A program made the translations under genes and the position numbers. Of a stretch of DNA of 64,000 bases, positions 12,935 through 24,532 are shown in pieces. How positions within the stretch are numbered: position 1 is the first letter of the stretch; every line of letters begins with the position of its first letter. Where the stretch lies: contig NC_043002.1 of assembly GCF_006345805.1 (NCBI RefSeq), positions 119,164,001-119,228,000 of the forward strand, read 5' to 3'. This DNA comes from Octopus sinensis (lineage: Eukaryota). The notes under the pieces are model-generated. The model was not told the DNA's origin, did not search any database, and was given only the letters and a program-made list of their open reading frames with translations.

Positions 12935-13414
12935 GATGGATGGAAGCACTCCGTCGGTTACGACGATGAGGGTTCCGGTTGATCCGATAAACGGAACAGC
13001 CTGCTCGTGAAATTAACGTGTAAGTGGCTGAGCACTCCACAGACACGTGTACCCTTAACGTAGTTTTCGGGGATATTCAGCGTGACACAGAGAGTGACAA
13101 GGCCGGCCCTTTGAAATACAGGTACAACAGAAACAGGAAGTAAGAGTGAGAGAAAGTTGTGGTGAAAGAGTACAGCAGGGATCACCACCATCCCCTGCCG
13201 GAGCCTTGTGGAGCTTTAGGTGTTTTCGCTCAATAAACACTCACAACGCCCGGTCTGGGAATCGAAACCGCGATCCTATGACCGCGAGTCCGGAGCCTCG
13301 TGGAGCTTTAGGTGTTTTCGCTCAATAAACACTCACAACGCCCGGTCTGGGAATCGAAACCGCGATCCTATGACCGCGAGTCCGCTGCTCTAACCACTGG
13401 GCCATTGCGCCTCC
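12935..13414 (-). mobile_element. tRNA-derived SINE family C with duplicated 5' segment, nested in a family B fragment
   Basis: A-box TGGCCCAGTGG and B-box-like GGTTTCGATTCCC. TSD ACTAGTCAT at 12926-12934 and 13415-13423. About 90 bp is duplicated (about 13200-13291 and 13292-13381). Confidence 0.9.
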
Positions 13415-14107
13415 ACTAGTCATATACTGGAGTCGATACTATTGACGAACCTCCTTCTCTCAATATTTCTGCCCTTATACCTAAATCAGAAACATTATTA
13501 TTGTTATCAATAATACTAATCCTCCTGACCAAATTGGCTTCTGAATGGCCTTTGTTGAACGTAATGCGGATACACCATTATAGCGCACACGCAGACACAC
13601 ACACACGCACTAAAATGCAGCCGTACACATACACACACGCACACTAAAATTCTAGTTAAGTTCTGTCTGCCCGTTGCTGATAGTCCTCCATATTTGGACA
13701 ATAAGATCAATGGAATAATTTACTGTCGCATTTGAAAGAATGTTATTAGAGGTTATAAGCAACGCTATAGAACAGAAAGAAACTGAAAGAGACGTCATTT
13801 AGTGTTGCATTGCTTTTTCATTTCGACATTCTGCTTATTATGTCACGATTCTAATGATGTAATAATGGTACGTCAGACATAAATGGCTCCTTCTATTACG
13901 CAACAACAACAAAAAAACTATCTTGGAACGTAATCAAAATGTTAAAGAGTTGGAATAAATGATATCATTACAAGACGTTTGACTATTTATTTTCATCGCT
14001 CAGCATTATGTGTTCAATTAACACTGAGATCGATTTAAACTTTTATGCTTCTGTGAGTAAATAAATACTGAGGTCCAAGTGAGAAATGCATATAAATTTG
14101 TTTAAAC

Positions 14108-14880
14108 CAGTGGTTCTCAACCACTTTTTTTTTTTTATCTATGGACACCTTTGTTTACTATTTTATTCAGGTGGACCTCTCCACCATAGTCATTTGATGT
14201 TTAAAAACTAATTTTATAGATAGTTCTTTCAAAATTACTATTTTGTCATTCAAACATTCACTTGCATAGAATTGAGCTATGTAAAAATGTTAGAGAAAGG
14301 AAACTAACTGTTTCTTGCAATACATGCATTTAAATCAATATTTTTCACGGAGCCTTAAAATACTTACTCTTTAGTCTTACTTGTTTCAATCATTTGACTG
14401 CGGCCATGCTGGAGCACCGCCTTTAGTCGAGCAAATCGACCCCGGGACTTATTCTTTTGTAAGCCCAGTACTTATTCTATCGGTCTCTTTTGCCGAACCG
14501 CTATGTGACGGGGACGTAAACACACCAGCATCGGTTGTCAAGCAATGCTAGGGGGACAAACACAGACACACAAACACACACACATACATATATATACATA
14601 TATATACATATATACGACAGGCTTCTTTCAGTTTCCGTCTACCAAATCCACTCACAAGGCATTGGTCGGCCCGGGGCTATAGCAGAAGACACTTGCCCAA
14701 GATGCCACGCAGTGGGACTGAACCCGGAACCATGTGGTTGGTAAGCAAAGTACTTACCACACAGCCACTCCTGCGCCTAATACTACTGTAAATCCCCAAT
14801 TTACTATTTTGCTAACGTGGTTCCCCAGAAATCTTATATGGACGCCCAAGAGTCATATGAAGCCTGGTTCAAACTAACGG
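14108..14880 (+). mobile_element. hAT-type MITE interrupted by a SINE
   Basis: Starts CAGTGGTTCTCAACC, a hAT-type TIR, and has a degenerate right end near 14866-14880. A SINE A copy sits at 14364-14779. Confidence 0.55.
14364..14779 (-). mobile_element. SINE family A, full length
   Basis: Near-identical to 5350-5738 and 51121-51534. Confidence 0.9.
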
Positions 14881-15354
14881 CAGTGGCTGTTGTATTCCAT
14901 TTATACAACAAATGTATGAACATTACTAAATCTGATGTAACCGTCACATTAAACTTACCTTATTTCTTCTAATTTTCAGGTTAAAAAAATCGTTCACCAC
15001 CTGTATCATGGAAATCTTGTTTCAATTTTATCAAACTCAGAAGTTAACCGTCATTTATTAATCAATTTAAGGTTCATGTGAAGCTGGTAAGCCATGCCAC
15101 GTTGAGAAAGTTATACAATCCCCCTAATTTATAAGAAGGATATAATAAAAACCTAAAGAGAAAAAACCAAGGGGAAAGGTGCAGATAATGAACAGTGAAA
15201 TGTTTCTCTTGTTAATGCTGTAGGAAATCTTATCTATGGCTGGTGGATAAACGAAAATAAATCCCGCCTCTTACTTTGAGAGCCTTTTTAAGACTTTTAT
15301 TAGACTTTTATTTCATCGTGATAAAATATGGGTGAAAGAAATATATTTTTTGAA

Positions 15355-15640
15355 GTCTACTATTTATTCTTTTGCCGAACCGCTAGATAGTGGAAACATG
15401 AACAAACCAGCACCGGTTGTCAAGCGGTGCCGAATGACACACACACACATACACACACACATGCACACACACACACGATAGGCTTCTTTCAGTTTCAGCT
15501 TACCACATTCACTTACAAGGCTTTGGTCAACTTCAGGCTATAACAAAAGACTTGCTTAAGGTGCCACGAAGAGTGATCGAACCCGGAACTATGTGGTTGG
15601 GAAGCAAACTGCTTACCACACAGCCACACCTGTGCATATA
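15355..15640 (-). mobile_element. SINE family A, diverged and partial
   Basis: TTTGCCGAACCGCTA...CTTACCACACAGCCACACCTG. Confidence 0.75.
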
Positions 15641-15950
15641 TAGGTACGCCTGCACCTATATAGCTACGCCTGTGCCTATATAGCAACGCCTGCACCTATA
15701 TAGCAACGCCTGCGCCTATATAGCTACGCCTGCGCCTATATAGCTACGCCTGCGCCTATATAGCAACGCCTGCGCCTATATAGCAACGCCTGCGCCTATA
15801 TAGCAACGCCTGCGCCTATATAGCTACGCCTGCACCTATATAGCTACGCCTGCGCCTATATAGCTACGCCTGCGCCTATATAGCAACGCCTGCACCTATA
15901 TAGCAACGCCTGCGCCTATATGCCAGCGCCTGCGCCTATACTGCGACGCC
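15631..15950. repeat. 20-bp minisatellite, about 16 units
   Basis: Unit TGC(G/A)CCTATATAGC(T/A)ACGCC repeats with an exact period of 20. Confidence 0.95.
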
Positions 15951-17097
15951 AGTATTAGTATTCCTCATTACCCAGCATTTATACAAAAATTGAGCTTTGG
16001 TAACTCCCATATTATACATTGGCAAGTGTTTATATGTTAGACAACAGTATTTCTTTGATATGACTTTAAAAACTTACCATATTGAATTTGCTTTTTCAAT
16101 GAAAACATGAGACGAAGTATCCATTTCAGACCGAATTATAAACAAATATTGAAAATGGCCGTATGATTTTTTTTGTAAACAGTGTTATGAAGTTATGTAA
16201 TTAGCATTCTTTTTAAGACTGATATATAAAAAATTTAAAGAAGGGAGAATAATTTACTTAAACCAAAAGACATTGCTATTGTTTTTGAAATGTTTCTATT
16301 ATGCCATAAAAATGGTCTTGTTTATTTAAATTTTACATCTGCTAATACTTCAGCGAACAACAATTTTGGGAATTATTGACGGTTTTGTCTATTAATTCTA
16401 AGATAACAATGGCTACAATCGGGCAGTTTAACAACGAAGTTAGTCTACAATTACCAAACACGCTTTAGATATGCTACCTACACGAAGCACATCGATATTT
16501 CAAATAAATTGTTTGATATCAAGGTATCGTATTTTTCTTATCACAAATATAGTTGTCTGAATGTTTCTAATATAAGAAACATTCACAAACACGTACATAC
16601 AAAGACATCACACACACACACACACACACACACGAATATATGATCAAACAGCATAAAAATAGACTGGTGTTGGTCTGTATCGGTAAGACTTGTATTATTA
16701 GGCAAAAATCGACAAAAAGTGTTCAGTGAACTTGCTATAGGGAGTGGAAAATCCAAAGTTTGGGATAAGGTCTTTCTTGAGGGAAAAGTCGACAGGAGTG
16801 AAATTGAAAGAGATTGTCGTTTTATATCCTCTGTTAAAAAAAAAAACTGACTGCAACTGATAAAGAATGCAAGACCACGCGATCTTTGTACGTGGACGGG
16901 AAGAAGTAGGAGAGAGAAAGTTAATGAGGTGGAAGGAGGGAAGAATAGAACGAGGAGGAGAAGCGGGAGAAGGTGAGAGTGTGACAAAAGACGACGAGAT
17001 GAGAGCGGTGTTGAAGTAAGTAGTTATATACTTCGAACATACTTCCGAAAGCGAACGGAGAGACGCGTGCACGCACACACACACATTTATACACATA

Positions 17098-17487
17098 CTA
17101 GCTGTTTCGCCCGGCGTTGCTCGGGTTCGTAAGGGAAATAACTATATAAGCATTTTTAGAGATGTAAAGTATAATAGCCATCTCAATATGGCTAACCACA
17201 AAGGGGGAGGTGTTACTGTAGCTTTTTACGTTCTGAGATTTAATAAGTTTTTAGAGAGTTATTTCCCTTATATATGCCAAAAATGCAGTAAAAATGGGAA
17301 AAATTGATGGTAATTTTTTTTAAAATCGTAGACTCATCGTAGACGCGCGCTAATACCCAGAAGGGCTCTATATGTATCACGACTATAAGATACCCGGTTT
17401 TGGTTAAACTGCACCGCAAAATGTGTGAGTAGTTAGGAATCTAAATCGTAGGAGACAGACACACAACCTCTCTTTTATATATAATGA
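17098..17487 (-). mobile_element. Non-autonomous Helitron
   Basis: On the minus strand: A|TC 5' end, subterminal hairpin CCCGAGCAACGCCGGG and CTAG|T 3' end, with no TSD. Confidence 0.85.
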
Positions 17488-19164
17488 TATGCATATTTTA
17501 GCAAAATCTAAAGCTAAAAAGATAATGAGTGAAGAGAGATAAAATGACTGAGATTTACAAACTTTTGTGATAAACGTATGAAAAAAGCATCTTCAACAGA
17601 CAGTCACATTTACATTTGCATCTCCGAAAAAGGCTTGTGGACAAATCTATTTGCCTGTCGATCGCTTTGAGTCATAACATTATTGCATTGTGTGCGAGCC
17701 ATACCATATTAACATAAAGACATATCCAGAGTTTTTCTCAGAATGTGATATTTAAAAAACAAAATTAAAAACAACCTATTGAAATAGTTCTACAGTAATA
17801 TTATTCGTAGTGATGTATTTCATTAAATGTCATTTCTCTGACAATTGTTGTTGTTATTGACAGATAAACACTAACAATAGTAGAAGGAATTAAATGTTTA
17901 TCGGTCTTTACAATTGTCTTTTTTGTTCTCAGTCCAAATTCTACAGGTGACTAATTTGATAGTCGTTCAATCGTTGTCGCTAAAATGAGCAGCTGTCACG
18001 TACAAGAATAGATTCAGATGACATGGTAAGGAAGAAAGGCGGAGGTGACACCAGTGGGGTTTGAATTCAAAATACCAAGGGATAAAAGTAATCACCACAA
18101 GGTATTTCGTTAGTGTTCTATTGATTCTGCCGCGTTTCTCTCACATATACGCACATTGCAAATATTCAGACAGATACATGTATGTACATTGATGACGATA
18201 CTGAGGATCAAAAACAATGGCCTGGTATTTGTAAGAGCGACAGCTGTGCCATTATGGATAAGTAATGTATGTGGAGTATATTGGGTGAGAAAAAGAGAGA
18301 AGAGAGAATATGAAAAAAGCAAACTGTCATGAGGATTGAATTGTGTCTTTGTATGAGATCAAGGCCATATCTGAGAACTTACAGAATTTAGTCATAAAGT
18401 AATTGACTATGAAAATAATTGGTGATATACTGTATTGATAGATGATTTTTCGAATGATGTGTGCATTTAGTTGGAGAAAGAAAGCATCTAATTAACGATA
18501 ACTGTTCACGATTCCCTAAAAAGGAAAATGATTTCTAGGAGGCAAGAATTATTATAACAAAAGTTAATTAATTGATTTGCGTTGGGAAAATATGATCATA
18601 ATATCTTCGTAACTTTTTTTCATGTAAAATCCCTTCTCGGTTGATCAAAGTAGGCTTGAGTAGACTAAAGTGTGCTTATGGATTCAAATAAGGCTAGAAT
18701 ATGATCATATCTATTGATTTGCATGCACACAAAGATCAAATTTTTCATAAACATATAAATTAACGATCAATCCCTTGAAATTCTCTCTCGGTCTTCTTTT
18801 TTTGAGAGTCGTTAATAAATAAACACAAGAAAATGAAATTTTAGAATTTTTTGTGTACGTCTTTTAATACACTACCTTGTATGAATATAAATTATTCACA
18901 TTTATTCTATCTACCCACTTGAACTATTTGACTTCGCTCATTATTTTCCTAACATCGAAACAATTGATGAAAACATCAATAAAGATGGTAATGCTGATGT
19001 TGGTGATGACAAAACAGTTGACGGGATAATTATGATGATGAATATAATTATGATGATAATATGCTTCTATGCATATTATTCTATTCGTTATTTACATTTT
19101 CACTGCTTATAAATTAGGGTGTTCTGTTTCACCATGTGTTTTGTGGTGAGAGTCATTGACACCC

Positions 19165-20871
19165 GAGTACGTACAATACGAGAATATAAAGGTGTTCGAA
19201 TGGTGTTGTCATTTAAAGTTGAAACTGTTGTTTAAAATTGCTGTTTGTCGTTTGGAATTTGTGTTAGTGTTTATTTGAACACTTTTGTCAACTGTTTTTT
19301 GCTGCCCTGAAGCAGCTTGCTGTTAAAATGATGCCGTATGAGGATTACAGCTCTTCGGGGCTGTCTTCTTCAAAGGAGGAACTGGTAAAAGCAATAAAGG
19401 AAATTGATAAAAAATGGACGAAAAGAAGAGTTACTCGAGAGCTACAGAAGTAGAAAATAAGGAAGTTGATTTAATAAACTTGAAGAATTACGAAAAAATG
19501 TTGTACAGAGAAGGTGGAGATGTAAAATTAATGTCTCCACCTTAAGAAATTATGAAAGGAATACAGGAAAAGACAATCATTTATAAAGTATATTCAGTAG
19601 AAGAGAAGCGATACAATTTTCAGCGACCACTCTAAGAACGAAAAGTGTGGTACTCCTACCGACACACCTCGGAAGGAGAGCTTCCAGGGTTAGGGTACAG
19701 GGAATCCCACCCGAAATTGACGTGGCCTGGGTAGCGGCTGCTATAATCCTGGGTAATGAGGACGAAATAGCATTCCTGCAGGCCACAAAGTCAGAAACAA
19801 TAAGCTGGAAAGGCCAAACTTTGGATTTAATAATTCAAAGATCAGTGGAGAGCCTGGAAAACATGGTGGAGACGGTGACAGTCGGGGACGCGGTGCTGAG
19901 AGTCAGTGTGGAGAGCAGAATCCCTCGGTGCTTCAAATGTGGCTCTTCAGGCCACATCAGAACGGACTACTCTTCACCAACTGAGAAGAACCAAGAGAAA
20001 ACCAAGGAACAACCAGTGAGAGCAGAGGACGCACCAACAGAAGTAAAGGAGGACGATGAATCATGGAAGGTGGTGGAGAACATAAGAAAAGGGAAGAAGG
20101 CAACCCCAACACACTCGTCCACCTCACCCTCACCGTCTCAGTCCGCCCTCTCTCCACAGACACCAAACCTACCCCTTCCCTTCCGACACAAAAATAAAAA
20201 AAGAAATCGTTAACACACTAGAACTCCCAAACTCCCTGCTCCCAGATAAAAAAGGGGAAAAATGTACAGTATTAATGTATGACGGTGCTAATGAGGATTT
20301 GTGCAGTGAGGTGGTAACTTGGAAGGATTATAAAAAAGTAGAAACAAGGGTATTTGATAACATTGTGTGTTGGCATGGTTGCATGTTGCTTTTGGAGGAA
20401 CAAAAAAAAGAAGAAAGTGTCAAAATACGAAAGTGGACATTGGATGCGGGAAATGGAGATGGACACAAATATGCTGCCATCCTTCATAACTTATGACGAG
20501 CTGTTGGAAAAGTATGGGATAGATATTTTGGAAGGAACGGGACTCAAAAAAGGAATTAAAGGTAGAAATGAAGTTTCTCGGAGGTGGGGCCGAGTAGCAT
20601 CATTGTATCTTTTTCATTTTCATTGTCATTTCATGTTCTCATACGTTGCCTTGTTTTTTTCTTGTTTTGTGTCCCCACATATAATGTGTTGTCCCATCTG
20701 TGTTCGCCCCTAGTGGGCATTAAAAATCAGAGTAGTTTCATTGTATCTTTTTCATTTTCATTGTCATTTCATGTTCTCATACTTTGCTTTGTTGGTTTTT
20801 TCTTGTTTTGTATCCCCCCATGTAATGTGTTCTCCCATCTGTGTTCGCCCCTAGTGGGCAATAAAAAATCA
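19165..20871 (+). mobile_element. ORF1-only non-autonomous L1/Tx1-like retroelement (half-LINE 1)
   Basis: 17-bp TSD GAGAGTCATTGACACCC at 19148-19164 and 20872-20888. It has a 5' UTR, a decayed gag-like ORF1 and a duplicated 3' tail. No EN or RT coding sequence lies between ORF1 and the tail. Confidence 0.8.
19414..20590 (+). pseudogene. Disrupted ORF1p with a CCHC zinc knuckle (half-LINE 1)
   Basis: LPTHLGRRASRVRVQGIPPEI...LRVSVESRIPRCFKCGSSGHIRTDY (last Cys lost). It carries stops, frameshifts and a deletion of about 40 codons relative to the paralogue at 21129. Confidence 0.7.
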
Positions 20872-20967
20872 GAGAGTCATTGACACCCCTGTGGGATTGG
20901 AAGAATGGACTAACCGAACTCTTATAAAGAGTAGCGTATTGGTTGAAATGAAAGAAATAGAAGTCGT

Positions 20968-22377
20968 AGGAGTCGTTTTTGTTGATTTATTATCGTTGTG
21001 GATGGGATGTCCAATGTTGAAGGTTCTCCCTAGTGGAGTTGCCTACTGTTGGAACTGTTGAACCTTTGTTGTAGTGTTCGCTCTTGTTTCGTTTTCTCCC
21101 CCAGCGGGGAAGAGAATAGCAGTAAGCAATGGAAGTGTTGCAAACACGTGGCGGGAGCTACGCTTCAGTAGCAGATAGAGAGAATGTAGCAGCTACGGTG
21201 AACCAACTGAAAGTCAAGGAGGTACCTGTCGACTTTGAAATAGTAAGAAGCAGCCAGAAATTAATCCAAAGAGAGGAGTCAAGTTTAAAATTCACCCCAC
21301 CGGAAAATATAACTAGAAATAAAAAGGAGAAGATGGTGGCATATAGAACCTTATCACTGAGAAGCAAGAAGATAGAAATGGCTGGCGAGGAAGCAGTAGA
21401 AGGGTGCTTGGAAGATATAAGAAGTGAAATTGAATTTTACTGCAGAGGAAGAAAGTATGGTACAGGGGAGGTGCGTTTCCCTACTGTGGAGGAGGCAGTA
21501 ATGTACTCCACTGTAACATTGAAAACAGAAGAATGGGCACCCCTGCCAACCTACCTCGGTAAACGAGTGACGAGAGTGAGGATTGGTAAGGTACTCCCTG
21601 AGATTAACGAGATGTGGCTGCTTGCAGCTATTTCAATAAAATCAAAGGACCCAGAAGTGCTACAAGTCAGCCGCACCAAACACTCGAACTGATGGGGTTT
21701 GGTCTGGAAGTTATAATCCAGGCTACACCACTGGACCTACAGGAAATTAGCAAAGAGATAGAGCTACCAGATGATGTGAAACTGCGAGTGGTAGTAGAGG
21801 GAAGACCTCCCACCTGCTATCATTGCAGAAAGAGGGGGCACAGAAAGGTGAATTGTCTTCTTCCTAACAGCCAGACACCAGGAGAGGAGATACAAGAAGG
21901 AAATAACAGAGACGAGGAATTAAAGAAAAATACAGAAGAAGTAAATGTAGAAAGCAGAGATAAAGGATTCCAGGAAGTACAAAATAGACAGAGGAAGGAC
22001 TTTAACCGCCCCCACTTCCAAAGAACTCAAAAAAGAAGAAAAAGAAGGAAGTAAGTAACATACAAGCACCCACACAACATATTCTATTACGGCAAAAATA
22101 CAAGAATATCCCTGACAACCCAGAATATCCACAAACACAGACAGATCAGCATCTCCAGTCAAGTACACACAAACACACAGAAACAGCCCTGAATCTCCAG
22201 TTAAATACACATAAACAGCCGCACCAAACAATTGAACTGGTGGCGTTCGCGTAGCCATTGTACCTTCATTTATTTATAATCCATTTCCATTCATCCATTT
22301 CATGTTTTTTGTCCCCACTTGTATTGTTTTGTCTGTTCTTGTGCCGTCCTATCTGTGTTCGGGCATGTGAGCCCAAC
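20968..22377 (+). mobile_element. ORF1-only non-autonomous L1/Tx1-like retroelement (half-LINE 2)
   Basis: 17-bp TSD AAAGAAATAGAAGTCGT at 20951-20967 and 22378-22394. About 160-nt 5' UTR, then ORF1 and a short T-rich 3' UTR. No ORF2. Confidence 0.8.
21129..22255 (+). pseudogene. ORF1p with an intact CX2CX4HX4C knuckle and a frameshift near 21690 (half-LINE 2)
   Basis: ORFs 21129-21692 and 21614-22054 join to give LPTYLGKRVTRVRIGKV...NWMGFGLEVIIQ...LRVVVEGRPPTCYHCRKRGHRKVNC. The 3' extension beyond 22054 is tentative. Confidence 0.75.
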
Positions 22378-22619
22378 AAAGAAATAGAAGTCGTTGAGAG
22401 TTCGTGGAAGTCGGGGAAATTGTTTAGAGTTTTTTTTTTATTTATTGGAGTATCGTGTTTAGCTGAGTAATTTGAAGTACGCCGTGTTAAGACAGTTTTG
22501 TCTATTCCCGCTTTGTGAAACCTGTATATTCAAGGAAATAAAAGTGGCAACAAGGATATCCACTTATAAAAGTGGCGACGAGTTTAATCGAAGCTTACGC
22601 CGGACATTAACAACATTAA

Positions 22620-22945
22620 TAGGGGCAAGCATGGTTGTGTGGTTAAAAAGCTCACTTTACTGCCACGAGATTTCGAGTTCAGTCTCACTACACGCCACCT
22701 TGGACAAGTGTCGTCCACTATAATCCTGAGCCGATAAATGCCTTGTGAGTGAATTTCGTAGAGGGAAGCTTCATAACCGATATTGGCTCATTTACGTCCC
22801 TGTAATTTTGCGGCTCGGCAAAAGGCACCGATAGAATAAGTACCAAGCTTAAGCAAAAAATTAAGTATAAGAGGTCGATTTGTCGGGCTAAACTTTTTAA
22901 GCATGGCTGCTGTCCAATGACTGAAACAAGTAAAAGATAAAAGGT
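22620..22945 (+). mobile_element. SINE family A variant, diverged
   Basis: GGTTGTGTGGTTAAAAAG head, CACCTTGGACAAGTG core and GACTGAAACAAGTAAAAGATAAAAG tail. Confidence 0.75.
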
Positions 22946-23009
22946 AATAGATGTAGTTATACATGCTGCTTACAAAAACCACATTTAATGTTTGGAGAAA
23001 TAAATATTG

Positions 23010-23225
23010 TTTTCTATTCTAGGTACAAGGACCGAAATTTTGCGGGAGGGGACCAGTCGATAAGATCGACTCCAGTATACAACTGGTACTTAATTCATCG
23101 ACACCGAAGGGATGAAATGCAAAATCAACTTTGGCGGAATTTGAACTCAGAACGTAAAAACAGGCGAAATACCGTTAAATATTATCGCACTGCATGCTAA
23201 CGTTTCTGCCAGCTCGCCGCCTTGG
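23010..23225 (-). mobile_element. SINE family B variant
   Basis: GCGGAATTTGAACTCAGAACG...GCCAGCTCGCCGCC. Confidence 0.8.
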
Positions 23226-24150
23226 AAAAATTTATATTAAATAAGGTATTTATCTTTAAAGACTGAAATGTTTGGTAATTTTAGTCAATTATAAGCCTCC
23301 GTTATTGATACACTGTGTTGACCTAATGCCATATTTTGGTTTTCAAGACTCGAAATACAACTTCTTTTAGACGCAACGTACGAAACACAACTTTTTGTTA
23401 TTTTTGGATGAATAAAAAGGTTTTAAGGAAAGAAAAATGAAAATATTAAAGAAAAGCTTAAAAGATGAAAAAAAAAAATGAATAAAAGGAAAATGTTATA
23501 AAACCTTAACAGATGATACTTTACAAAACAAAATATGAAACGAAATGACAGAAAAGGAAATGTCAGCAACGAAACTGTGCAATGTACTGAAGCATATTTT
23601 CCACAGATCGCAATTTTCACGTCTGTATCGCAACATAAGATAGTTGAAAGTTTATAGGTAACCATTAAGTATAAATTTCAGATTGAAATTGTAATTTGGG
23701 TAGCATATTGGATTCTTTCGATGGCATAAAATTCCACATCGATAGAGTAGAATGTGAGGTCTCAGGTAATATTTGTTTAGGTCTGTTATCTGTTTTCGTT
23801 TCAATTTACGTCCAGTAACCAATCTTGACTACGGAACGAAACCGCTACGTTGTTAAAGTTTTAACAAATCTTAATTCGCTGTATTTTCATATAGCAGAAA
23901 AGTTTATATGGCTAAACTGAACTTCAACTCACTTTCCCAGTGAATGAAGTATAGTAGCCGCTTCACTTATCAGTAATATAGGTGCTAGCATAAATGTATT
24001 GTTAAAAGCCCACTTTGAAATCATTTGGTTCTGGGTTCGGTCCCACTGCACAGCATCAAGTTGATTAATGGCTTGAGTAAGATTTGAGAGACAAACAATA
24101 TGGCAGCGTATCGAACGAGTATGTGCGCACGCATGTATAAATCTGTGTGT

Positions 24151-24532
24151 GGAGGCGCAATGGCCCAGTGGTTAGGGCAGCGGACTCGCGGTCATAGGAT
24201 CGTGGTTTCGATTCCCAGACCGGGCGTTGTGAGTGTTTATTGAGCGAAAACACCTAAAGCTCCACGAGGCTCCGGCAGGGGATGGTGGTGATCCCTGCTG
24301 TACTCTTTCACCACAACTTTCTCTCACTCTTACTTCCTGTTTCTGTTGTACCTGTATTTCAAAGGGCCGGCCTTGTCACTCTCTGTGTCACGCTGAATAT
24401 CCCCGAGAACTACGTTAAGGGTACACGTGTCTGTGGAGTGCTCAGCCACTTGCACGTTAATTTCACGAGCAGGCTGTTCCGTTGATTCGGATCAACCGGA
24501 ACTCTCACCGTCGTAACCGACGGAGTGCTTCC
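24151..24532 (+). mobile_element. SINE family C, full length, with TSD
   Basis: TSD AAATCTGTGTGT at 24139-24150 and 24533-24544. Near-identical to the other family C copies. Confidence 0.9.

Noticed and set aside
14961-15090. Possible exons on either strand (VKKIVHHLYHGNL... on plus; VVNDFFNLKIRRNK on minus) and an LRR-like reading
   Set aside because: The splice signals conflict between strands, the plus frame stops before the best donor, and no recognisable domain is present.
15631-15950. CRISPR-like regular repeat
   Set aside because: The units are contiguous with no unique spacers, there are no cas genes, and the context is eukaryotic.
16078-16218. Minus-strand 141-nt segment with strong splice signals
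   Set aside because: All three frames contain stop codons.
16583-17096. 130-aa minus-strand ORFs
   Set aside because: They derive from purine-rich low-complexity sequence, give biased peptides and show no domain.
24151-24225. tRNA-like heads with A and B boxes
   Set aside because: They continue into SINE bodies bounded by TSDs and show no complete cloverleaf, so they are not tRNA genes.
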